DNA of 61,550 bases, filler included. It is 13 parts of 13 records of this genome, joined end to end, with 100 filler letters (N's around TTAATTAATTAA, not from the genome) between each part and the next. Parts side by side here need not be neighbours in the genome. Positions count along the whole stretch, not along the records: positions 21,101 to 24,749 come from SRR15195285_5272; positions 24,850 to 29,531 come from SRR15195285_5278; positions 29,632 to 33,762 come from SRR15195285_5284; positions 33,863 to 37,969 come from SRR15195285_5295; 9 more parts are not named here. One strand, given 5' to 3'. The position numbers and the translations under genes were made by a program. Below are positions 22,902 through 33,863 of the stretch, in pieces (positions within the stretch are counted from its first letter, which is position 1; every line of letters begins with the position of its first letter). The notes under the pieces are model-generated. The model was given only the letters and a program-made list of their open reading frames with translations. It had not been told where the DNA came from and searched no databases.

Positions 22902-24205
22902 TCAGATCCCGAAGTCGACATCTCGCTGTCGCCCACTCACAATCTCCTTCCCAATCTTTTTGTACTGCACTCGAGCAGGTCAGGTAGGCGAGGCGCGGCG
23001 ATTAAGTCAGTCAGGAGCCACTCAGGGGCCAGTGACGCAGCAAGACACTGTAGGGCAAGGCAGGGCAGGGCAGGGCAAGGCAGGGCAGGGCAAGGCAGGG
23101 CAGGGCAGGGCAAAAGGGCACGCTGATCATAGTATGCCAACGGCAGCGGCAATGTACAAATGCGCACCGCATCCAGCACAACCGGCATCTCTGCGAGCCC
23201 CGGTTGGAATTCTCCGGCCCCCGGCGTGCCAGACCAGTGCCACGGGTTCAGACCCACGATCCTCGGGTCACTGCGCGCCCAGTCATACGAGAAGGCTGCC
23301 CAGTGTAGCATGGCTTTGGAGCAGTTGCCTAGGCACGGCGGGTTGGGGCCGTCCCGCGTGCTGTTGCTGCAGCACAGATGGTTCGAGCATGCGGTAGTGT
23401 TGCAGCCGTCTGTCGTTCCGAACGCAGCAACACAGACAGTCAGCGGCGGCCGTGGTCAAACAGGTTGCAGGGCATCCGCAGTGCGGAACGCACAGGTTGG
23501 CGGCACGAAGAGCGCGAGCTGGTGCGGTGCCATCAACGGGTAGAGGCTCTTCTCAAAGAGCGAACGCGCCCCCGGTGCCGTACCCTCGTCCGGGTAGTAG
23601 TCGACAGAGATCCAGTCCAGCCCGGCTGGCACATGCGGGTACGAGATGTTGACTCGGTGGTCATCGAAGTCGCCTCCAGTGTCGCAGATGTGGGCGAAGG
23701 TGGTGCCGTTGACAACTCCACCGGCGATCACTGGAAACGCCTCGTTATAGTACAGTATCGCCTTACCTCGCGGCAGGTCTGCGCGGACTGTACTCACGGC
23801 AGTGTTGACGTCCGCCCAAGTGGTACACGACCAGCAGATCTCATCCCCGAAGAACACGCCAAATATTGAGCCCTCCGCGAGCATGGGCGCGACCGTGGTC
23901 TTGAGCAGCGTCGCCCACTTCTGCTTGTAGTCGGGGCAGAGCTTGTTGCCACAGAAGAAGGTGGTGCGCACCGCGAGTAGCGAAGCAATGCCGGTGGAGT
24001 TGTGGTAGCTGCGGATGACGGCCAGGTCAGCCGTGGTAAATAGAAAGTTCACCCAGCTCTGCTGGAGCGACGGATCGTTGCTGCCGCCTGCAGGCGTAGC
24101 GCTCTCCGCCTCCCACACCGAGAAGTACTTGAGGTTCGGATTGGCCGCGCTGCCGCTGCCACAGAGACCAGCCACGGCGGCGAGAGCCAGCAGCAGCACG
24201 CGCAT
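22902..24205 (-). CDS. Secreted putative TIM-barrel glycoside-hydrolase-like protein, 3 exons (24205-23494, 23409-23168, 22964-22902), 338 aa
   Basis: Signal peptide MRVLLLALAAVAG; GVFFGDE, YYNEA, LDWISVDYYP, FVPPTYG, RIVGLNPWHW. GT-AG introns 23410-23493 and 22965-23167. Confidence 0.65.
23052..23112. repeat. Pentanucleotide microsatellite (GGGCA/AGGCA)n inside an intron
   Basis: About 12 tandem units read directly. Confidence 0.9.
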
Positions 24206-24492
24206 CCTGCCCTCTGTGGCACTGCGGCCTGCGGGTCCGCCGGCGCCGCGGCGCGCGGGGCTGCGGCGCGGCCGCGGTGGCATACATGTACTATATATAT
24301 TAAGATCTAATAGCTGCCTTTGAGTCCGAGTCGACCGCGAGATAGACGCGTCCGCGTCGCCAGTTGCGAAAGAAGGGGAAATGCATTCACTTTCACATAT
24401 TCGTCGGCATGCTTGAAGACATCGAAAGATTTAGCTAGTAGTAGCCCGCTATTCAGGGGCATTGTCTCGGTTTCACCTGGCCCCCGATGGAC

Positions 24493-24552
24493 CCGTTTGG
24501 GGCACGTTTGGGGCAGTTGTTTCTGAATCCGTTTGGGGCACGTTTGGGGCAG
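24493..24552 (+). repeat. Nested direct repeat, 4 x CGTTTGGGGCA
   Basis: CCGTTTGGGGCACGTTTGGGGCAG at 24493 and 24529. Confidence 0.9.
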
Positions 24553-24749
24553 CTGTACCGGTACAGTACCGGCACCAGCGGATCGCTCTCGCCGAACAGC
24601 ACCAGCGACGGAGGTGGCGGCGGCGCTGCACTAAGCTCGTCGCTAAGGAAAAATGATAACTCTCTTTTGGGAAGTGATTTCTTCATGAAAACCCATCCAG
24701 GACTTCCGCCGCCGCCGCCGAGCCGTGCTATGGGCTGTGCCACTGTTAC

Positions 24750-24849
24750 NNNNNNNNNNNNNNNNNNNNNNNNNNNNNNNNNNNNNNNNNNNNTTAATTA
24801 ATTAANNNNNNNNNNNNNNNNNNNNNNNNNNNNNNNNNNNNNNNNNNNN
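24750..24849. other. Artificial contig-joining spacer
   Basis: N44-TTAATTAATTAA-N44. Confidence 0.98.
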
Positions 24850-27800
24850 TTGCGCGCAGCATTTCTACCGCGTTGCTTGGTGGGGGCTGCTGCGGTTGGT
24901 GCATTTGCTGCGGCTCAGGCTGCGGCAGTAGCTCAGGCTGTGGCCGAGGCGGCCGCTGCTGCTGCCTTTCTCGCAACATCTGCACCGCGGCTCCTGGTGG
25001 CGTCGGCGCCGGCTGCTGGTTCAGGCCCGCAGCCTCGGTTGTGTCCGCTGGTGCGCCTTGCCTCCTGCGCAAAAAGTCAACAGCCACCGGATTTGCTGTC
25101 ACCTTCGCGTCTTCATCAGCAATCGACTGCCCGTTGGAATGGCTCCCGTTCAGCTCATGGGCACCACCACCGGCAGCTTCCGCAGGCCTCGGCGGGCCTG
25201 ACCGATCCGCTTCGTATGCTTGGAAGACTATGTGAGATCGAGGGCAAGAGGAGAACATAATCCTCACGGCCGGATTAAAGGAAAAGAATCGCTTCAGCTC
25301 CCGCTGTCGGCCTAGTACGGCGTGGATCGCGGTGTCTGCCAAATCCTCTGGTAAGAAGCCCTGATCCAGGTAGGCATCCACGCGGTGCGTGAAGTCCGCG
25401 GCCACGGCGTTGTAGGCAACAATGGTGTGGCAAATGCGCATCGTGTTCGGGGCATCAACCTGCATCTCCGCAAGCTTTCTCTTGCAGCGAATGCAGCACT
25501 TCATAGCGTTCACTGAGAAGCCTCCGAGTTGTGAATTCGAATCGGCACCGTCCTCTGAAAGCTGCTCCAGCTGTTCTATCAGGGCCAGGAACATCTCCGT
25601 GCAGAGCAACCTGTGGGTGAAAAATCTCGTCGCCTCATTTTTCTTCAACCCCTTGTCCACGTACTTTGTCATGCAGTCCTCAAGTGCATCGATCGGAGAG
25701 TCTCGCGCTCCCTCAGATGACATTCGTGTCATACGGCTGCCACGTGATTCGTCGGCTGCTCCGCCACTAGAAACCACTTGCTGCAACTGAATATCGTTGA
25801 GGTCGATGGCCTTCCCAACCATCGCAGACAGCTCGCTGTAAGCCTTTCGACTGATAGACTTCTTTTCACATGCATGAAGAAAGTTCGACCGCATAGACGC
25901 AAGCATGATATCGTACATGGCAAAGCTGTGATCGATGTCTGAATTGGAGTCGCTTGCAGCCAGCCACCTCCTAATGTTTCGGAGTTTATCCATGTGGCTT
26001 GGCCCGTGACCATGACCGTGATCGTGACCGTGATCGTGACCGTGATCCTTTTCGTGGCCACTGTGATGACTGATGCTGGACCCTGTCCTATGAGGACCGC
26101 CTTCCTCGTTAGTGTCGCCGCCCATGCCGTCGGAAAAGAGGACTGCGTTCCGCAAATCAACATTCACCTCGCCGCCTTCTCCACTGTCAGAGTGAAAGCA
26201 GGACACCACCAGGTCCGCTGTGCCGGCACAATGGGAAGTCTGCGGAGTGTCACCTCCTGCCGAGGTCAACTCGCATGTTTCGTTCATGTCTCCTCCTGCT
26301 AAACACAGCGAAGACAGGTCAATTGAGCACTCGCCAATCTCATGATCGTCCTCGCCGAAGTCACTATCGTAAAATACCAGCTGCAGTGTGACCGGTACAT
26401 CCTTCGATATGGCGGAGAGAGCGAAGTCGTGACTAGCTGTTCCCGCAGGCCATGTGGGTGAGTACGTGTGATTCACCACTGGTGTCTCAAATGTGTAGAC
26501 GTCGTCTCCGACGACCAGTGTCATGACGCCGTACGGGTTCGGTGCCATGATATTGCTCGCGACTGAGGCTCGGGAAGCCCGCAAGTCAGGCTTTGCTGTA
26601 GCACAAAGGTCAACAATGCTGATCGACGTGTCACTAATACTAGCATTGCTGCGCACAGACAGCATTGCATCGTCATCAACAGGCGGAAGAGTCGTTGGCA
26701 CGAGCTGATTTTCCAGGATGCGAGTCCATACCGACTGCATGGGGTGAATCTTGATGTCTACCAGGTCACCGTCTAGCATGTGAGCCTTCGCTAGGTTTGG
26801 CATCAGGCTACCGAGTGCGTCAATGTCCACATTCGAATGGAACCAGTGGCTTTTGAGCTTGAACATGAATCTGTCCATCTCGGCTTGGATTGTTCGTAGA
26901 CTCTGGGTAGCGAGCCCGGGTCGGTATGGATTTGGTGGGTACACCTCGAGCATCTTGTAGACCTTGCCAGAGGTGGTGCCATTTATGACGAGGGTGAGAG
27001 TCACAATGCCTGTTGTCTGCAGGAAGATCGTCTCGCGTGCACGATCTCCGATGAGGTGATTGCCGTCAATCAATAGCGCCAGCGAAAGAGAGACAGCCCC
27101 CCGGAGGCCGCCCCAGACCAGTACAACCGCCTCCTTGAGCGAGAGTCCGTAGCCTATCTTGGTGAGGATCGGCGAAAACAGGGCAACAACGCCGGCACGA
27201 ATGAACCCAAGAACAATCCACAGCGTGAAGTTGAGGACTACCTGGTTGCCAACGTGGAACTTGGTCTCAGCTGTGTCGTGTAGACTTTCTGTGCACTCGC
27301 CACCTAGTTCCGGGCCGTCCCAACGGCAGACGTGATGTGTCAAGCACACCTGCTCCTGTTCGATGGGTCCACAAACTTCTGCTTTGTCCTCAGCAAAGTC
27401 GTCCTCAAAGTTTTCAACGAATGACGCAATCTTGTCTCTGGATTTCACCCCGGCCAGGATGAAGATGAAGCTGGTTGCAACGTAGCCAACTTCACCCCAA
27501 AAAGCATGGTTGGCGTGATGTGTACGTTCGTCCATCGCAAGAAAGCTCGTGCGCGCTGCCTGCACACCGAACACCACTGTACCCAGCACGCCCGAAACTC
27601 CCAGAACATTCTCTGCGAGCCAGAAGGTGCTGAGAGTACCGACCACAAGAGTCGTGATCTCGATGTTCGGATCGCGTACGTGCTTAATAGCCTCGTAACA
27701 CACAGCTGCCACGAACAGACCCCAGAGTACACCACCGCCAGCGAGCTTGAGTAATGTGTTGATAACCTTGAACGCCGTGGTGTCACAGCCACTTGCGACG

Positions 27801-29371
27801 CCCTGCATCACCATGAAGGCCACGACAGCAGTTCCGTCGTTGAGCAGCGATTCACCTGCAATCATGTAGTTGAGCTTATCTGGGCAACCGAGATCGTTGA
27901 GAACGGCGCAGACGGCTACCGGGTCGGTAGCGGCCAGCATCCCTCCCAGCAGCAAGTGGACTGCCACTGGCAACTGTGGGCTCGAAAAACTACCTTCGAC
28001 ACACTCCATGCAGATGAAACCACCATCAGGTCCTTGCTGAGACTGCCAGTGCGGGTTGACTCGCGGCTCGCACGCCTGGAGACAGTCGGTGTTGGCTGCT
28101 GAATCTGGATCGCACGGCTGATCTCCGACCATGAAGGTGTTCTCGCGAGCCCCACCGACCATCAGCGCACCAGTGACAAGGTCTCTCTCGACGACACACT
28201 CCTCGGCAAACCCAAACAGCAGCATCGTAGTGGCTGCCGTGAGAAGCATTGAAATTAACACTCCTGGGCCTGCCAGGATGACCGAGGACAGCAGCACCTT
28301 CCGGAAGACGTAGTAATCCATGCTGCTTGCGTCTTCGAAGAGCAGCGGTGGAAGCAGTACGAACAGTATCACGTGCGGGTGTGCAGCCTTCCATGCGAGT
28401 ACCGATTTGAAAAGCATGCCGGATAAGCCGGGGTGCTCGTCCGCGTGGCCGCTGTGACCGTGCCCGTCCACTTCCTCTGACGCCTCCAGACCTTCGACAC
28501 ATAGGTGCGAAATATAGTAGCCGAAGAAGAACATAACCACTGTAAATGGTGGGTTGATTGACTTTCCGCAGCATGCGCCGCTGTTCAGCTTGTTCAAGAT
28601 GGTCGTGACGACAACGGTCGCGACAAGGCAGGCAAGCAGGAAAGGCCACCATGCAAGACCGTCGTCATCGTGGTGGCCAGCAAGGCACGGGTCGAGGTTG
28701 CTCTCTTCGAACTGTTCCTCGTCGGTGAGCCCCTCCCCGTCGGTCGCATTGCAGTACACCGGGACACAGTCGTGCTCGCCTTTCGCACAGAGGCGCGGCA
28801 CGCAGTCTTTGCACTTGATGTGGATCGTCTCATTACGGTGGGATACATGATTGTAGATCACATGCGCCATGCAGCCCGTTTCCTCTGCGAGCTCGAGTGT
28901 ATGGCCCGTGCCGTGCAGTAAGCTTTGCATGGCAGCGTCCTCGCCGCACAGAACGGGCTCGCAAGCCGTCGTCCGGAACACGTCCACAGCGTTCGGCGCG
29001 TCGCCGTGGCCGTCGCTGTGGCCGTCGTCGTGCCCCCCTGCAGGCCCATCGCCACGCCCCCCACGGTCGCGATACTCGCAGCACGCTCCGAGACAGCTCG
29101 CCAACGCACCTTCTATGCCGCATAGCTCCTCCGGCGCGCCGGCTACATCGTGGCAGTTCTCGTCGTTCGGGCCTTGCCAAGTACGGTCGTCCGCCCCGCA
29201 GTCCCGCGACTCCTGCAGCGCCCTTCCGTGCTCAAGACCGCCCCCCCCGTCCAGCACCGAGACCTCCACAGCAAGAGAAACACCGGTAGCAGCAGTACCA
29301 GCGCCCCCCGCAAGCGCACAGCCAGCAGCAGCACACAGAGCCTGCACGAGCCGTCTCGCCAATGTCCCCAT
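24850..29371 (-). CDS. SOS1/SLC9C-type (CPA1) Na+/H+ antiporter with Cys/His-rich N-terminal ectodomain and inserted C2 domain, 3'-truncated (paralog 1)
   Basis: PFTVVMF, HPHVILFVLLPPLLFEDA, ATDPVAV, GESLLNDG, GVSGVL, WGGLRGAVSL, TLVINGTT. C2 core NPYG...TPVVNHTYSPTW...FYDSDFGEDDHEIG. Confidence 0.92.
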
Positions 29372-29501
29372 CACCGCCTCAAACCCCGGCTAACTCCGCA
29401 CCCTCAAAACCACCCAGTCAATCGCCACCCTCCCACCCTCTCCCACGGCAAACAAGCCTCGAAGTCCCCGGGCAGCCCTTAGAATGTGCGCAACGTGGTC
29501 C

Positions 29502-29531
29502 CCATCGCCATCGCCATCGCCATCGCCATCG
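29502..29531. repeat. (CATCGC)n microsatellite at contig end
   Basis: About 5 tandem hexamers. Confidence 0.85.
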
Positions 29532-29631
29532 NNNNNNNNNNNNNNNNNNNNNNNNNNNNNNNNNNNNNNNNNNNNTTAATTAATTAANNNNNNNNNNNNN
29601 NNNNNNNNNNNNNNNNNNNNNNNNNNNNNNN
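29532..29631. other. Artificial contig-joining spacer
   Basis: N44-TTAATTAATTAA-N44. Confidence 0.98.
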
Positions 29632-30156
29632 GCTGACAGAGACCTCTGTTGACAGAGCCCTAGTCCAGTGCGCCAGCCAGACACCCTCCGCACCGGATCC
29701 GCACCAGTGGGCGACGCTCTGCCCCACCTGCGGACCACACCGCGCTACCTGCTGACGAGCATCATCGCCAGCCCACCACGCCAGAGTGGATACGGGCATG
29801 CGCACTCTGACGGCTCTACATGCAGTGTTGAGTGTATACGATACGCGGGTACGGTAGCGTGACTGCGATTTGGCCGCGCCGGGGCGCCCCGGCGCCGGCG
29901 CGGGCGTCCAATGATCCACAATTACCACGGGTAATAAGCGAAAAGGTCAATTTTACAATTTCTATATTATCAATTACAATGTGATTTTGGGGTGCATTTC
30001 AGTGCAAATTTCACACTCTGATCGACTGATCCAACGACCGACCGCTGCAGCGAGGCCCTGCTGCTGATGGACGGCTGGCTGAGCGCTTCTGGCTGAGCGC
30101 GCTGGCGCGAATGGGGTGATCTGTCGGGAGCTACAGGTGGTGGAAGGGCGGCGGTG

Positions 30157-33100
30157 ATGGCTTCCGCTGTCAGGAAGGAGTACAAGCTCCTCGTCAGAGA
30201 GAACGAGATGGTCTCGCAGAAGTTCAAGGTGAAGGTCGCCGCTGAGTCCATGGATGAACTTGAGGAGGCCATCGCTGCTAGGGCGCAGGCGGCTGGCATG
30301 GAGATTGATCGAAACTTCATCGTCTGCCCGTGGGATGATGATTTCGACGAGTACGTCGACGGGGTGAAGTGGAAAGATTTTCCCCAGACTGGCAAGGTGG
30401 AGCTGCGGGAGAAGGAGGAGGCTGACGAGGTGGTAGAGGCGGAGGCTGATATAGATGAGGAAGACCTCGCATTCTTCTTGGAAGGTGAGGGAGACCCAGA
30501 ATTGGAGTCAGAGTCGGAGGCGGAGGCGGAGCTGAAGTCGGAACCAGAGCTGGAGCCAGAGCCAGAGCCGCAGCTTCCGCAGCCGCAGTTGGAGCCGGAG
30601 CCGGAGCCGCAGCTGAACCTTACTGTCGCTGTCCGACCTGGATCATCTGTTGCAAAGACCCAGGTTATCCCGCGTAGACCGCCGCCGCCAAAGATAGAGC
30701 CAGCTCCCGAGCTGCGGCTCGAAGAGGCCAGCTCGGAGTCGCTCTCAACAGAAGCCAGCGTGCGCAGCAAGCTTGCACCGGCTCATGTGGTCTGCCCTGA
30801 GGATGCTGGGCCCGGTGATATCATTACTGTGCTTTTGGATGCGGGTGGGAAATCGGAGATTGACATCGAAATACCAGCAGGTGTGCAGCCCGGGGATGCG
30901 TTTCAGGTGGAGTTCTCGTCCGATGGGGAACAGAGGGTTGCCGCCACGCGCAGATTGGATGCTGTTGGAAGCCGATCTCCTCGTTCGCAAGGCAGCAGCC
31001 AAAATGCTGGTGCACAGCCTGTAGCGACAGTGAGACGACTCGAACAGCTCTCGAAGACACCAGAGCATCGGATGCTCGGTAAAGCCAGCGCAACGTTGGA
31101 CAGAGCGGGTCGGCGGGTCGGTGGAAGCGTTGGCTCGCAGGCAGCGCACTGTACGTTTGTTCCCAAGATTAACGCCACACCCTCTGCGGGACGCCAAGCC
31201 ACGCCGACAGATGACGCTGCCTGCGAACGAGTGTTTGATCGGCTATCCAAGCCACGGGTGCCGAAAGCACCTCCGGCAGAACCGCCACCGCTACCTTCTC
31301 CCCAATCCTCGCGTCGTCGACGAAGTAAACCTGCCTCCGCAGCTGCAGAGGGTGAACCACCGAGTCTATACGAGCGAGAGAAGCAGAGAGAAGAAGCGCG
31401 GCGACTTCGATTGCAACAAAAGAAGGAGCTGATGGAAAAAGAGGAGTTTGAGCGACTAGCCGAGCGCAGCGTGCATAAGAAAAGCACCCCGCTAAGTCGC
31501 GAAAAGCAGGAGCAGCGGCATCTGGCAAACGTTGAGCGCTGGGCTGAGTTGGATCGCGCACGTATCAAAAAGGCACAAGAGAAGAAAGCTAAGCTGGACT
31601 ACGAGGCAGACCTTGCAGACGCAACTGCATCTATCTCCAACTTCAATAGCATCCGACTGCCAGCACAATCGCGTGCAGATGTCGTTGATCGGCTGAATGT
31701 GGTAAAGACGCGTATCAAGCCGCAGCAACGCACAAACCGCCGGCTGATCATGTCGCAGTCCGCTCCACGTGAACGGATTCCTGTCGGTACCTCTACCTGG
31801 GGTCCACCAAAAGCTGACGTGCTTAAGCGGCCACAAATTGTCGATACAAACTCGTTGCCGTCCCCACAAGTACGTGGTCCCGCTAACATGCGATCATGGT
31901 CCAAGGGCAAAGTGCTCAAGTGGCTGCAAGCCGTAAAAATGCCAGTGTATGTTCCTGTGTTTAAATTGCGCAATGTCGACGGCGCACAGCTCGTCAAGCT
32001 GGCAATGCACGGAAGAGCGGGTGCCATCGCCGCTTCTAGGATCGGAATTGAGCCCATTCATCACGTGAAAATGATAGCATTAGTCCAAAGAGAGCTCAAA
32101 TATGCCACGTTCAGTGAACAGGAAAGGGACCCAGACGTGTCTCTCAGGGTTGAGATGCCCTGGAGCGTGGCAGGTCAAGGTATATCTGCATCGGGCCCGA
32201 AACAGAAAGCCTTACAGCTGTCGGCGAACATGCAATCTGATGCTCCACCACCATCGCCGACTGTTGTGAAACGAGATGGAAGCGAGGACATGAGTCCGAT
32301 ATCGAGCCATCATGGCACCAGAAGCGCGGGTCCCACCATCAGTGTTGATGGGTTAATGGCCGAAAGAAACCATAGAAAAGCGCGGACTGCAACATCCGCT
32401 CGACACCTAAAGCGGATGGCTGCAATGTTTAAATGGTTGGATTCTATCGGACTGTCGCAATACTATGAGATGCTGAACGAGGATGGATACGATGATTTGG
32501 CACTAATCGCATCGATGGATGATACGGAAGTACGGGAGTTGATCCACGACCTTAGAATACCAGTGCCTGACTCTCGTACGCTACGTCATGCAATTTCAGA
32601 CCTGCGCCGGCAAGGTCGCTGTCCATCTTTGCCTGGAAGTCCGACGATTCAGGAATTGGTGATGTCAGTAGGTGAGGTGACGAGAAAAAGTTCGCGGGAG
32701 GCTCGCGACCTTGAAATACAGGCACTGCAACGCAAGCAGCAGCAGAAACGCCGGTGGGCCCAAGCGGAGGTTCGGGCAGCGAAAAGAGAGGAGGATGTTA
32801 AGAAGGAGCGTGAAGCAGGGCTTGCGAAAGCTCTTCGTAGAATTCGTGGAGAACCGGAGCCAGATCCAGAGCCACAGTTGCAACCTGAGCCAGATCCAGA
32901 GCCAGAGTCGCAGCCTGAGCCTGAGCCCGAGTCGCAGCCAAAACCAATAGTGCAGGCACTGCGTGAGCCAAGCTCCAAGCTTGAGCCAGCTATTGGGAAA
33001 CCAGACAAATTTGGTGTGGCTGCTGAGCCAGACCGTGATACGAAAAAGTCCAAAACTGGTGTCAGCTATGTGCAACGCTTCAACATGAGCGTCAAGGTCC

Positions 33101-33762
33101 CATCACTCGCAGTGGATGCAAACTCCTCACAAAGACGCCCTGACGACCCATCACGAGCACAAACCGTCCCATGCGAGCGCGAATCGCAATCGAAGCCAGT
33201 GCTGCAAAAGCAAGCCAACGCAGACACAATGCAGGGTCCGAAGCAAGAGCTGGCTCTAAAGCCCGATGATCGCTCTCGTGATCGCAACCAGAGCCAGAAG
33301 CTTTTTGACGAGTTCGAAGAGAAGTCAGTAGCTTTTGAGAAACTTGCTGCAGAAGCTGCCGACCAGGTCAGTGATGTAACATCACCTCAGCTATCACCTG
33401 GCGAACCTGACAACAAGTTAACGAGTCAATCTACCGACCTCGAGACCAGTCCGACACCAATGCTGCGCGTATTGGCTGCGGTAGAAGCTGCTGGCACCGA
33501 GGCCGCAGAGGCTTCAAAAACGCAACAGGTGGCACCGACTTCAACTGAGGATGCACTGATGGCAGCTGATAAGGCGTTGGAAGCCCTAGATAGCATGCCG
33601 CTCTCAGATCGATACGGTCTCATTGCTACGCCACTCGAGCTTTCAGGACGACCAGCCGATACAAGTGCAACTGATGGTAAGTCCAAAATGAGTACGAAAG
33701 GTAAACGAAAAAGCTTGAAAGCGTATGACAAATCGCAGATTGTTGTGGATACCAGTGCTGCC
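30157..33762 (+). CDS. 3'-truncated protein with two SAM domains, coiled coils and PEPE tracts
   Basis: WSKGKVLKWLQAVKMPVYVPVFKLRNVDGAQL; KWLDSIGLSQYYEMLNEDGYDDL; also VCPEDAGPGD...IPAGVQPGDAF, CTFVPKIN and VFDRLS motifs. Confidence 0.82.
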
Positions 33763-33862
33763 NNNNNNNNNNNNNNNNNNNNNNNNNNNNNNNNNNNNNN
33801 NNNNNNTTAATTAATTAANNNNNNNNNNNNNNNNNNNNNNNNNNNNNNNNNNNNNNNNNNNN
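33763..33862. other. Artificial contig-joining spacer
   Basis: N44-TTAATTAATTAA-N44. Confidence 0.98.
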
Positions 33863-33863
33863 C

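Noticed and set aside
22937-23397. ORFs with PCPAL / GQGRA repeats
   Set aside because: Translations of an intronic pentanucleotide microsatellite
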